DNA of 63,416 bases, filler included, from Nemertoderma westbladi (lineage: Eukaryota > Animalia > Xenacoelomorpha), in NCBI GenBank assembly GCA_032718475.1. It is 3 parts of 3 records of this genome, joined end to end, with 100 filler letters (N's around TTAATTAATTAA, not from the genome) between each part and the next. Parts side by side here need not be neighbours in the genome. Positions count along the whole stretch, not along the records: positions 51,080 to 63,416 come from JAUCBJ010004704.1; 2 more parts are not named here. One strand, given 5' to 3'. Below are positions 51,080 through 63,416 of the stretch, one piece after another (position 1 is the first letter of the stretch; every line of letters starts with the position of its first letter). The notes beneath the pieces were generated by a model that was not told the origin of the DNA, did no database searches, and saw only the letters and a list, made by a program, of their open reading frames with translations. The translations under genes and the position numbers were made by a program.

Positions 51080-53479
51080 GGCGCGTACCTAACCAACGAT
51101 TTTATTTTTATTTTATATTTACCTTTAACTCAATTTTAATAAGTCATAATAAATCTTATGCTTTTTTAAATAATTTAGTATCGAATACCTATTTGGTGAC
51201 ATTAATTAAATACAATGTATAAAGATGTTTTTTTTTTGGTCAAAAAGTAAATTATTTTGATGTGAAAAGTATGTGTTTTGTTATTTTGTTATTTTTTTTG
51301 GCCAGATTTATTTTTTGGTGCGCTTGTATATTATTTGGTCTATGAGTAAATCATTTGGTGCAGAAAGTAATTTAATTAATTATTTATAATTATTATATAA
51401 TATATATTTATAATTAATAAATTATTTATAATTAATTAATTAATTTTTTATGTCGCACCCCCCTCCCCCTCTTACAACTTATGCATCTGTCCCAGGATCT
51501 ACTAGCCCCGCTATTGCCTGCGCTTTTGCATATTATATTATATTACGTATTACATATACACAGTATATTTCTTATGTGCAATTTATAAGATGTGAGAGAA
51601 AGAAATACATGAGAAATTCGAGACATTGCCGGACAACTCAACCTCACTGCCACGCCGGAATTTCAGAAATACAATGAAGTAGTACATTCTAAAGAACGGG
51701 AAATACCAGCAGCTTTTTTGGAACTCTATTGCATTACGGACATAGGAAATGGACTGAACCAATCCAGCGATACAGGACACGTCCTTCATTATTTATAATT
51801 ATTATATAATATATTTATAATTGATAAATTATTTATAATTAATTAATTAATTTTTTTATGTTTTTTTGAGTAAACTTTAATTGCCTTTTCTTCGGCTAAT
51901 ATCTGTTTGTGATCGCGTATATAACAGTGATAACTAGATGACAATATAGGTACCACCTTGGCGTAGTGGTTAAAATCTCTCCGTATAGCAAGACATTGAA
52001 GGGTTGGGGGAATAAGAAATCCAACAAGAAAGGAATCAGGATTTCAGGCCATACTTGTTTTTAACTGCCGAAAATCCAACATTTTTCCGAAGATTGACGA
52101 CAGCCACATAAAACAGGCCAAGTACAAAACCGCTGGACTCGTAGACAGAAATAATTGTTCTACAACAAACTAGACAAAGACACGGGAAAACTGACCGGCG
52201 TTTGTCGTGGCGGTGGCTAAAAATCTCGCAACCGAGAGCAAACCGATGAAATCATCATTTCTAAATCAATCTCATTTATTAACATTCTCCCACATTGCGC
52301 TCAAAACAATGAATAAGCTTATATCTCTGTAAATGTTACAGTCCTTGGCAATGCCAGATAACGAACACTTTACAAAGTCCAAAGTAATCAATACGGGGAC
52401 GAATCCCGGACTTGTTTCACTGTATTGTGTAGTAACATCCAGTGCATCCGTGACACTTACAATAATTAATTGGGGGTCCAAAAATCCTAACAATAGACTT
52501 ATTCTGGCAAACGTGAATAAGTCTATTGATGGAACCATCACTCATGTTTACTGGGCTCTACCTACGTTGGTTACAAGCGCATAAATGGAATGTGTTTGAC
52601 AATGAAAACTATGTAATGGTGTGTGGTCCAATGTATGTGAATTCCCGTAGCTACATTCAATGAGAATGTGTCATTATTGCCTGTACAGTATGACTGAATA
52701 ATAACAATTCTTAAGTGCACATACCGTATATACTGTATGGCCACCCTTGCTTTGATATAAATATGTCACATCATGTAGAAATATAAACTTCCAAATCTTC
52801 TGAGAGATTTAACGCCAGAAACGTTTTGTACGATTATGCGATATCAGATTCAAGATTAAATCCGGGATATAACCAAATCTATATTTACAGCGGTTTACCT
52901 GATCAAACGATAAAAGTAACACCCAAACTCATTTAGGTAGAATTAATATTAACGAATGAAAAAGGCTAGGTGTTGGGTACTACTCGTCTCTGCGAATTAA
53001 TAATATTCACAATGTTAAATTATAAATCAAGGGAAATGAACACGTTACAGTGGTACCTTATTCTAACCAAAACAATAAACGAAATTCAAAAGACATATTA
53101 CATTGAGGCCAAGCTGGAAAAAGTCGTACTTTGTGCGTAATCCCTGGCCTAACGGCCGGATAAAACTGGACTTTTGCTTTATATTTTACCGATAGAGACC
53201 GAGACCTTTCTTGGTGTGTTCTTCAAGGAGACACATTAGTCCCTTTTCTCTTAATTATTGTGGTGCAATGTGTTGCGGACAGCTCTCCATATTCATAAAG
53301 CTGAAGGAGTGGAAATATATCCACAATCAGGTAGCCGTAGCTACCGTTGGTGCTGGATCCAGTGTTGGCCACAATGTGAATAGCATAAAGACCAAAAAAT
53401 TCCGCCAGTAAACATGGACACAGACCATCAGAAAAAATTTGTGATAACAATCACTCGCTACGGGTAAGTCATCTGAATG

Positions 53480-53965
53480 ATTTCTGCTACCCAGGAAAGA
53501 CGCAATATCACGCTCTTTAAAGGTAGCCCCCTACGCCATTCAGCGCAGCAGTGGGGCCTGCGATGGTCTAGGACAGTGCATCTCATGTTTTGGCTCTACT
53601 GCGGAAGACACCAGGTTTCTGATTGGAACATTAGCAGAATGCTGCGCAAGGCGCACAATGTCGCCTATAATGCAGCATGAGGTTGCCTATAATGTAGCAA
53701 TATAACAATCAATGAGGTGTGTATACAACTATGGCTAAATCTCATTGTCATGAACCAGCATCACGCTGCAGACTCAACCTGGAGCATGCTGGCTATTGTT
53801 TCCACCGTCAGGATCAAATTGTATACAACATTGAGCTGTGGCAGCCTGCTGGTAGAATATACAGTACATGGTAGTCAGCAGTGACTTTCCTCAAATGCCA
53901 GCTTAATGAAACATGACTTCAGAAAAAAAAGAACTAGGAAATTGTATGGCTGACCGCGAGAACAT
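53480..53965 (+). mobile_element. Highly degenerate RTE-type LINE 3' coding fragment
   Basis: SRMLRKAHNV...HAGYCFHRQDQIVYNIELWQP...CMADRE motifs across frameshifts. Confidence 0.6.
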
Positions 53966-54054
53966 GAGGTGCTATGTTGCCGGGTCCGCCAGCATTATCA
54001 TACCACAGCTATAGCCGATAGCTGCTGTATCTGCCGAAAGCTACATATCTGCTG

Positions 54055-54665
54055 CTGCCTTCAGCTATCCGCCGACAATTAACAGCCGACAACTATCAGC
54101 CAACAGCTATCAGCCAACATCTATCAGCCGACAGCTATCAACCGACAGCCATCAGCCGACAGCTATCAGCCAACAGCTATCAACCTACAGCCGACAGCTA
54201 TCAACCGACAGCTATCAGCCGACAGCTATCAGCCGACAGCTATCAGCCGACATCTATCAGCCGACAGCTATCAGCCGACAGCAATCGACCGAGAGCTATC
54301 AGCCGACAGCTATCAGCCGACAGCTATCAGTCGCCAGCTATCAACCGACAGCCGACAGCTATCAGCCGACAGCTATCACCCGACAGCCATCAGCCGATAG
54401 CTATCAACCGACAGCTATCAACCGACAGCCGACAGCTATCAACCGACAGCTATCAGCCGACAGCTATCAGCCGACATCTATCAGCCGACAGCAATCAACC
54501 GAGAGCTATCAGCCGACAGCTATCAGCCGACAGCTATCAACCGACTGCCGCCGACAGCTATCATCCGACAGCTATCAGCCGACAGAAAACAACCGACAGC
54601 CATCAGCCGACAGCTATCTGCCGAGAGATATCAACCGAAAGCCGACATCTATCAGCCGACAGCTA
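54055..54665. repeat. 14-bp minisatellite (agccgacagctatc)
   Basis: Tandem array with occasional 7-bp half-unit insertions. Confidence 0.95.
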
Positions 54666-57600
54666 CTACTAGGATCGGCATGCTGCATTGCAGCTGCATT
54701 TTTAAGAATGCTGTGCCGGCTTAATGACAAAATTGCACCGCCACAACTCCCTATCACCCATGACATTTGCTAGATCATCCGCATCTTTAAGGCCAGTGTC
54801 CTTTAAGATGCGTCTCAAGAAAGTCATGGGCTGTCCACCATGCTTATTCACTCCATGAGGGTGCCAAAGTACAAGACTAGAATGGACTCCCATAGAGGAG
54901 TACTGGAACTACTGCTGCTCTAAATAATCGGACCTTAAGTTTCCGATTAATTCTCGGTGACTTCCAAATCCTGGAAAGCCTATTCAACGCTGCCCATGCC
55001 TTTCCCTTACGTATTCGAAGGTCCTCACCTGACTTCCGGATCTATGATCCCAGGTAACAGAAGTCATCCACATGCTCAAGCATACCATCTTTTGACCTTA
55101 TGCTCATCCGATCAGAGACTTGCTGAGGACTTTCAAAGTTAACTGTCAAAATTTTGGTCGTTCGGGAGTTGATAAAAAGACCAACACTAGAAGCAGCATG
55201 TTCTAATGAGCTGAGGAGCCGTTGGGCTCCCTCTAGTGATTCTGAGAGTACTCCTAAGTCATCAGCAAAGTCTAGATCAGTTAGGTACTTGGCAGGATTT
55301 CCTCGACTTCTGGAGCCAATAGTTGGAGTTATCATCACCCCATCATCATTATGATAATCTAAGGACATGCGTAGAACATAGTCAACAACAATTATGAACA
55401 AGAATGGTGCAAGTGTGTCTCCCTGGAGGACGCCCCATAACACTCCAAATGGTTCTGAGTCACCGTCAACAGTAGACACAAATGTTGTCGAACCATCGTA
55501 TACTGATCTGATTACTGCAATAATTTCATCAAAAATCTCATATAATGAAAGTATGCTGAACATACGTGAGCGAGAGACTGAATCAAAGGCCTTGAAGAAG
55601 TCAACAAAGATAACAGCCAGAGGCCTGTCTTTCTTTTTTGATAACTCTTCAATTATCCTTCTAAGTGCCAAAATGGGTTCCATGGTCGCACGACCTTTAC
55701 GGAACCCATTCTGATTTCCACGGAGCAGTCTCTCAATGGGATCCCTGATGCGATTTAATAGAATTCTATTGTATAGCTTTGCAGCAATCGAGATCAATGA
55801 GATTCCCCGAAAAGAACCATAGAGTGTTAGATTGCCCTTCTTGGGAACTGGCACCAACTTATTTGTTTTCATTTCTTGTGGGACTCTTGTTGTTCGGTAC
55901 ATGTCTACTATGATGGGATAAATGAGCTTTAAACACTCAGGTATTTTAAAGACCTCAGGGGGAACACCATCTACTCCACTGGCACGATTGGTCTTAATGC
56001 TCTTTGCAGCAGCCTTCACTTCTGCAAAGGAGATATCGCCAATGGGAATATCTGGGAGTACAGACTCAGACACTTTTACTTCTATAAAGTTATCAGGCAA
56101 TACCCTGTCATTATTGAGGAGCTTTTCAAAGTGGGCTTTCCAACCATTGAGGCGATCGGCTGGTGATTCAGCCTTAACCTTGGTGGTTGGTTGGCTTTTC
56201 CGCCCAGTAAGCAGATTGATCGATTTCCATGCCTGGGATGATTGCCTGCTGTCGTCAGCATCATTGATGGCATCAACCTGTTGGTTTATTAGCTCCTGTA
56301 GATTAACAGAGTACTGCCTGTTCAGGGACCTAGATGCAGCTTTAACTGCATTCTTGGCCGCTGTAGTCTGTTTGAATCGGGACTCTTTCTGCGCCTTATG
56401 AAGGTCATTTCGGCACTTCTGAATTTTGTTGTCAGTCCAGGGGGCCCTTTTCCTGTTTCGAGGGTATACAGGAACTGTTTCTGCAGCTGCTAACTTAACT
56501 GCTTCTGTAAAGGCAGTATAGCCCTCACAGTGATCTGCCGCCTCAGAGGCAAGAGCCTCATACCTGTTGCTCAGCTGTAGTGTGAAGCTGGATCTCACAC
56601 TTGGCTGTTGCAACAGAGAGGACCAGTCATGCCGCGGCAAGGCAGATTTCGTTGTTCTGCTAGCACGCAGACTAAGTCTTACCTTGGCCACAATAAGGCG
56701 GTGATCACTGGAGAAGGGTCGAAGTGTAAATGCATTACAGTCTTGTATAGAGCTCCTTTATTTCCTACGAAACAGAATATGGTCTATCTGGGACTTGTGA
56801 CCACTGGGTCCACTATGAGTCCATAGCTTTCCAGTTCGCTTCTTGAACTGGGTTCCAGCCGAAAACAATCCATTTCCAGAGATAAAAACCTGAAGATGGA
56901 CAGAATTTCGGTTAACACTATTGCTATAGACCCAGGGCGATGTAGGTGATTGATGCAGACTTGCATTAAAGTCTCCCAGGAATGTTAAGAATGCATGCTG
57001 ATCCACTCCATCAGTTGCTGCTTGTAGATTGTGGTAGAAATTTTCCACCTCCTCTACAGGGGCAACACTAGTTGGAGAGTAGCACACAATCAGAACCACC
57101 TTAGGAAACTTCTTAGCCAGTCTTCCAGAACATGAGAAGTGGCAACGGATGATGCGGTTAGAGATTTGGTCTATTTTGTCCAATGCTGCATGTGCAGTTG
57201 GATTCATCAATAGACCAATTCCACCATTGCCACTATCATCTGCTGACGCGAGGGCGAGTCGCCAACCGCCCCCCATGTCCTTAATCAGAACCTCATCAGT
57301 CTGTCCAGTCTGCATTCGGTGCTCTTGAACACCCACTGCGCTAAGAGAAAGCTTATCTGCCAAGGTAGTCAGCTCACCTTGTCGCATTGGGTGTTTACTG
57401 AGGCTAGTCTAGTGACTTGCCTCAGATTCACCAATGGCTTTGTTGGTCGGGGTGGAACATGAGAGTAGCCTCCAACTCCAGAATACCTCTCCCCATCACA
57501 ATCTGGCCTCCCTGGTGACCCAGGGTTTGGGCCAGAAAGGTCATCAGGAAAGGGACTCAAAGAATTGTTGGCTGCTCTCTCTCCAGTAGGGGGTGAGACA

Positions 57601-58170
57601 GGCAGCCGGTCAGGAGTTAACTGACGCCTGTGAGGCCGATTCTGTCCGATAATTCCACTGGCCTCTAGTGGCCGGACCTCCGCATTGCTAATGTAATCCA
57701 TAGTGGGGGTTGGGGGTGCTTTTTGCCGAGTCAGCTCTCGGGGCAAATACCACACCCTGGTTTGCCATTCCACAGGGTGGGTGTTGCAATGGAGTCAGAT
57801 ATGAGGCCCATCACCCATATCTACTCAGGCGTACATGACCCACCATTGGCTGTTGCAGCTCATCTGCTGGGTCATGCCCTGTACCCTTGCTGCCAGGTGC
57901 AGGTCGCAGTGAAGTGCCCTCAGAGTGGACATGAGAACACTCTACTCCTAACCAGCCATTGGTAGATCACCATCTGCCTGGTCAGGCCATATACCCCTGC
58001 AGCCAAGTATATGGGTCCTTAATCCAGGACCAAGGGCGTCCTTATCCCAGAACGAAGGGGGTCCTAGTTGCAGGACCAGATTTGCCCTAGTAAGAGGGTC
58101 TATGCAGCTACAGGTGGCATCTCCTTTATGCTGCATGGAGGTGGCAAGTTTTCTTGATCAATGACCTAGA
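54664..58170 (-). mobile_element. Near full-length RTE/RTEX-like LINE (APE endonuclease + RT), inactivated
   Basis: EN: VGVQEHR, CYSPT, GDFNA, SQIDHIL, SDH; RT: PKKG, QNGFRKGR, FVDFFKAFDS, GVLQGDTLAPFLF, DFADDL, FCYLGS; frameshift near 57390, stop at 56758, internal deletion after the RT; (GTA)n tail; 5' boundary approximate. Confidence 0.92.
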
Positions 58171-58185
58171 ATACCTGACCTGACC

Positions 58186-60097
58186 TGACACCCCTGTCAC
58201 GCCTATCCTATTACAGGGGCTGGATCACTCAATCACATACACCCCCGTCACGCCTACCCTATTACAGGGGCTGGATCACCCAATCACATACACCCCCGTC
58301 ACGCCTACCCTATTACAGGGGCTGGATCACTCAATCACATACACCCCCGTCACACCTATCCTATTACAGGGGCTGGGTCACTCAATCACATACACCCCTG
58401 TCACGCCTTTCCTATTACAGGAGCTGGATCACTCAATAACATACACCCCCGTCACGCCTTTCCTATTACAGGAACTGGATCACTCAATAACATACACCCC
58501 CGTCAAGCCTATCCTATTACAGGGGCTGGATCACTCAATCACATACACCCCCGCCACGCCTTTCCTATTACAGGAGCTGGATCACTCAATAACATACACC
58601 ACCGTCACGCCTATCCTATTACAGGGGCTGGATCACTCAATCACATACACCCCCGTCCCGTCACGCCTTTCCTATTACAGGGGCTGGATCACTCAATCAC
58701 ATACACCCCCGTCACGCCTACCCTATTGCAGGGGCTGGATCACTCAATCACATAGACCCCCATCACGTCTATCCTATTACAGGGGGTGGATCACGCAATC
58801 ACATCCACCCCCGTCACGCCTATCCTATTACAGGAGCTGGATCACTCAATCACATACACCCCGGTCACGCCTATCCTATTACAGGGGCTGGATCACTCAA
58901 TCACATACACCCCCGCCATGCCTGCCTATCCTATTACAGGGGCTGGATCATTCAATCACATACACCCCCGCCACGCCTATCCTATTACAGGGGCTGGATC
59001 ACTCAATCACATACACCCCCGTCACGCCTACCCTATTGCAGGGGCTGGATCACTCAATCACATAGACCCCCATCACGTCTATCCTATTACAGGGGGTGGA
59101 TCACGCAATCACATCCACCCCCGTCACGCCTATCCTATTACAGGAGCTGGATCACTCAATCACATACACCCCCGTCACGCCTTTCCTATTACAGGGGCTG
59201 GATCACTCAATCACATACACCCCCGCCATGCCTGCCTATCCTATTACAGGGGCTGGATCATTCAATCACATACACCCCCGCCACGCCTATCCTATTACAG
59301 GGGCTGGATCACTCAATCACATACACCCCCGTCACGCCTACCCTATTACAGGGGCTGGATCACTCAACCACATACGCCCCCGTCACGCCTATCCTATTAC
59401 AGGAGCTGTATCACTCAATAACATACACCCCCGTCACGCCTATCCTATTACAGGGGCTGGATCACTCAATCACATACACCCCCGTTACGCCTTTCCTATT
59501 ACAGGGGCTGGATCACTCAATCACATACACCCCCGTCACGCCTTTCCTATTACAGGGGCTGGATCACTCAATCACATACACCCCCGTCACGCCTTTCCTA
59601 TTACAGGGGCTGGATCACTCAATCACATACACCCCCGTCACGCCTATCCTATTACAGGGGCTGGATCACTCAATCACATACACCCCCATCACGCCTACCC
59701 TATTACAGGGGCTGGATCACTCAATCACATGCACCCCCGTCACGCCTATCCTATTACAGGGGCTGGATCACTCAATCACATACACCCCCGTCACGCCTTT
59801 CCTATTACAGGGGCTGGATCACTCAATCACATACACCCCCGTCACGCCTACCCTATTACAGGGGGTGGATCACGCAATCACATCCACCCCCGTCACGCCT
59901 ATCCTATTACAAGAGCTGGATCACTCAATCACATACACCCCGGTCACGCCTATCCTATTACAGGGGCTGGATCACTCAATCACATACACCCCCGTCACGC
60001 CTATCCTATTACAGGGTCTGGATCACTCAATCACATACACCCCCATCACGCCTATCCTATTACAGGGGCTGGATCACTCAATCACATACACCCACAT
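58186..60097. repeat. 51-bp tandem satellite, ~37 copies
   Basis: Unit acacccccgtcacgcctatcctattacaggggctggatcactcaatcacat. Confidence 0.97.
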
Positions 60098-60888
60098 CGC
60101 GTTTTTTTTCTTTTTTTATCGTTTTTTTTCAATATAATGAACGACTTTAACTTCCAACAAGTTTGTTACAAGTTCGTATTCGTAGAAATTGGTTCCGGTA
60201 TTTTTTTAAGGTATTATGGACGTTTATAATAGGGCCTTACAATCAATAGCATTGAAATGATTTGGCTTGTAACAACTTGTATGGAAATTATACACAATTC
60301 GTTTACATTGTCAACCACATCCCTTTGTATGTAGAAGAAACCTCCTCGACAATAGGGCAGGAGGGTAGCATTGGGACGGGAATGGAATATGTATTTCTTA
60401 ATTAGTTGGTTCTCATAGAATTCACTGAAGTTAGCCAAGATAATGAATGAAGTCTATTGTACATAACGTAATGCAGTGGGCTATTATTCTATAAGCCACT
60501 CATGGCCTGCACGTGCACAATGCACATTTATTATTATAAACCTATACATAAAAGGATGAGACCCGACCAACATTGCTAATTAAGGGGGTCTTAACTCTGA
60601 AAAGAAGTTGAAATGAATTTGGCATCCCACGTGTACTAGGCAGGCCCTATACCAGATCACAGTTATAGTTACTGTATAATGAATCTATAGAAATGGTAAA
60701 GTAATTGATGGCGACTAAAAATATTTACTTGGAAAATCAGCAAACTGTCTTAGAATAAACAATCTGCATAATAATGCATTACAATGATTCTACGAACATA
60801 CTTTGATAAATGCGATGTGGCATACCATGCCTAGCGAGCTTTACCATGCTAAAGCCATGAAATACCACACAATTCTATCAGTTCCAGG

Positions 60889-60985
60889 TAGGGCTGGTTA
60901 TCCCGGGATCCCGGAAGAAAATGCAATCCCGAAATCCCGGGATTAAAGAACGAAAATCCCTCGATTTTCGGGATTCTGGTTAGGG
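60889..60985. mobile_element. Probable hAT-like element terminus with atcccg repeats
   Basis: Starts tagggctg with clustered atcccg/cgggat subterminal motifs; partner end not found. Confidence 0.4.
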
Positions 60986-62017
60986 CATTTCTACAGTCAG
61001 ACAGTAGCAATTTAATATTATCGTGACCATATTATTCGTTTCATTAATAAAGTAGCGAGTAAACCCGAGTCACAGAACACGGAGAAACACACAATAAATG
61101 CTTATCTGTTATTTAAAAATGAACATATAAAAACGTTCCAGGCGTATATATCTTTCTTGTTAGTTTCTTATGTGTTATATATACAATTTTGTGTGCTTTC
61201 CACTTTTACGAAGAAGATTTTGCAAGTAACTATTAAATAGTTCATAAATTCATTCATTCATCTCCGGACTAAAGGCCTCCGGCGGCTTTAATTAATAAAA
61301 GTTTAATAAATTAAAATGTAAAAAAACAACAGCACAAAGTAAAAGGTATACCGTATCGTCCGACACCAACGGTGTAACGAGGTTATTATAAATTTGCCGC
61401 TAATTGGTAAAGCAGCGAATAGCAACAAATCCACCGTTGAATTTAGAGCTGTTGGCTGATTGGATGACCATTAAATTTGTCATATGGGCACAACTGAAAG
61501 AATTTTTGTGCGAAGAACATGATATGAATGCGGGGATAATAAATATTACAGCACCCGCAAATAAAAAAGGAAGTGTTTTTGTTCTTATCTGCTAGTGTTT
61601 ACAGTATGTGAGATGTGGGGCGAGCCACGAAGTGAGCGATGCCTTCGCAAATGGGTGCCATTAAAGAGTTGTCTGCCGTCGTCGTCGTCGTAAATTTTTG
61701 ATCGCTAATAACTCGGTTATTCCTTGATGAAATTAACCGAAATTTGGTACGCATGTAGTCCTGCAATAGATAAGATAGAATCGGAAGTTTGGTAAAAAAA
61801 AAAAGAACGAACGCAACGAGTTTACAGTGGATTCGAGTATCCATCTGCCATTAATCCGTAGTTACTCTCACAGTTTCGAGACTTTGCATTGTATGTTTAC
61901 AGTTTGTGAGATGTATTAATTAAGAATGGTTGCAAAATTCAAGTTTTATTAGAAAAATTTACGTTTTACTTGTACCGGTAGCCATTATTTTTTCACATTC
62001 TGTAGTGATTAACCAAC

Positions 62018-63175
62018 TACTACTACGATCGGCATGCTGCATTGCAGCTGCATTATATATATTACATACATAATATATATTCATCATATCATATAATCAA
62101 ATTCATCAAAACATATATTGCATTATATATTAAGAATGCTGTGCCGGCTTGTCGCCAAAATTGCACCGCCACAACTACCTATCCTATCACCCATGACATT
62201 TGCTAGATCATCCGCATCTTCAAGGCCAGCAGTGTCCTTTAAGATGCGTCTCAAGAAAGTTATGGGCTGTCAACCATGCTTATTCACTCCATGAGGGCGC
62301 CAAAGCACAAGATTATGCACTGGATGGTCTTCACGGCGAAAGCAATGTTCTACAAACCGGAGGCGGTTCCGTTAAAGTGTCAAGCTAGGTTAGACGAATG
62401 GAACACCTTATATATTTATCATATCATATAATCAAATTCATCAAATCATATATCGCATGTTAGGCTGATTGGAGATGTGTTCATTGTACTTGACACAATC
62501 AACCCGGCGCAGCATTCTTGTGAAAGTACCATCCAGAGATTTTGGTATCCTCTGCAGTTTGAGCCCAGCATTGACTCCCTACCACTGTTTACAAATATTA
62601 ATAAAGGAAAGGACTTTATGTTGCTAATTGCTGAATTGGATGGACCGGATGGAGTTTATTCGGGGGGGGGGGGGGGGGGGGGGCAACCACAATTATGAAT
62701 AAGAATGGCGCAAGTGTGTCTCCCTGGAAGGACTCCCCATAACACTTCAAATGGTTCTGTGTCACCGTCAGAAATAGACACAAATGTCGCTAAACCATCG
62801 TATATTGATGTGATTGCTGCAATAATTTCATCAGGAATCCCATATAATGAAAGTATGCTGAACATATGTGAGCGAGAGACTGAATCAAAGGCCTTGAAGA
62901 AGTCAACAAAGATAACAGCCAGATGTCTGTCTTTCTTTTTGATAACTCTTCAATTATTCTTCTAAGCGCCAGAATGGACTCCATGTTCTGTATAGCAGTC
63001 TCTCAATGGGAGCCCTGATGCAATTTAATAGAATTCTAATGTATATAGCTTTGCAGCAATCGAGATCAATGAGATTCCCCAAAAAGAACCATAGAGTGTT
63101 AGGTTTCCCTTCTTGGGTACTGGCACCAACTTATTTGTTTTCAATTCTTGTGAACTCTTGTCGTTCTGTACATGT
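62018..63175 (-). mobile_element. Fragmented, rearranged second copy of the RTE-type LINE
   Basis: 62018-62310 matches the 3' end (54664-54875); 62685-63175 matches the RT region (55385-55905). Confidence 0.88.
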
Positions 63176-63305
63176 TTATATGCAGTTACACTGTATGTAT
63201 GTACACTATAATATTGTGCTTGATGGTTTCTCTTTTCAATTAACTGAAAAAAAAGTATTATATCTTATATTTATTTTAATAATTTTCAATATTATCAAGG
63301 ACAAA

Positions 63306-63416
63306 CACGTAACATCCGACACGTAACATCCGACACGTAACATCCGACACGTAACATCCGACACGTAACATCCGACACGTAACATCCGACACGTAACATC
63401 CGACACGTAACATCCG
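63306..63416. repeat. 14-bp perfect tandem repeat (acacgtaacatccg), runs off the window
   Basis: About 8 identical units. Confidence 0.95.

Noticed and set aside
51950-52010. A-box-like tggcgtagtggttaa as a tRNA gene
   Set aside because: No B-box or cloverleaf follows
52272-52584. Overlapping 83-aa and 89-aa ORFs
   Set aside because: No recognisable motif, splice context or supporting neighbours
58786-60229. 377-aa and 211-aa His/Pro-rich ORFs as genes
   Set aside because: Translations of the 51-bp satellite with non-ATG starts; 4-bp indels shift the frame freely
61404-61595. IWAQLK resembling a Tc1/IS630 transposase C-terminal motif
   Set aside because: Single short motif; no DDE context or matching TIRs

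Overview
AT-rich animal (invertebrate-type) genomic DNA, not prokaryotic. It holds two host genes, both on the minus strand: a three-exon Onecut/HNF6 CUT-homeobox gene (31919-34082, ~393 aa) and an intronless 13-finger C2H2 zinc-finger ORF (22362-23831). The left 31 kb and right 10 kb are dense with transposon debris: satellites (40, 12, 14, 51, 14 bp units), CR1/L2 and RTE-type LINEs, Gypsy and probable BEL/Pao LTR elements, a Penelope-like GIY-YIG remnant, and many non-autonomous TIR elements. One five-layer nested insertion has intact target-site duplications (TSDs) for its three inner layers. About 19 kb upstream of Onecut is mostly unique and probably regulatory. The least explained items are a decayed ~510-codon orphan ORF just upstream of an LTR, a dispersed bipartite motif present about 8 times in unrelated contexts, an IADD-type reverse transcriptase, and a ~96-bp duplication flanking a TIR element. 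Two N-gaps contain an artificial TTAATTAATTAA linker. All calls were made by eye, without database searches.
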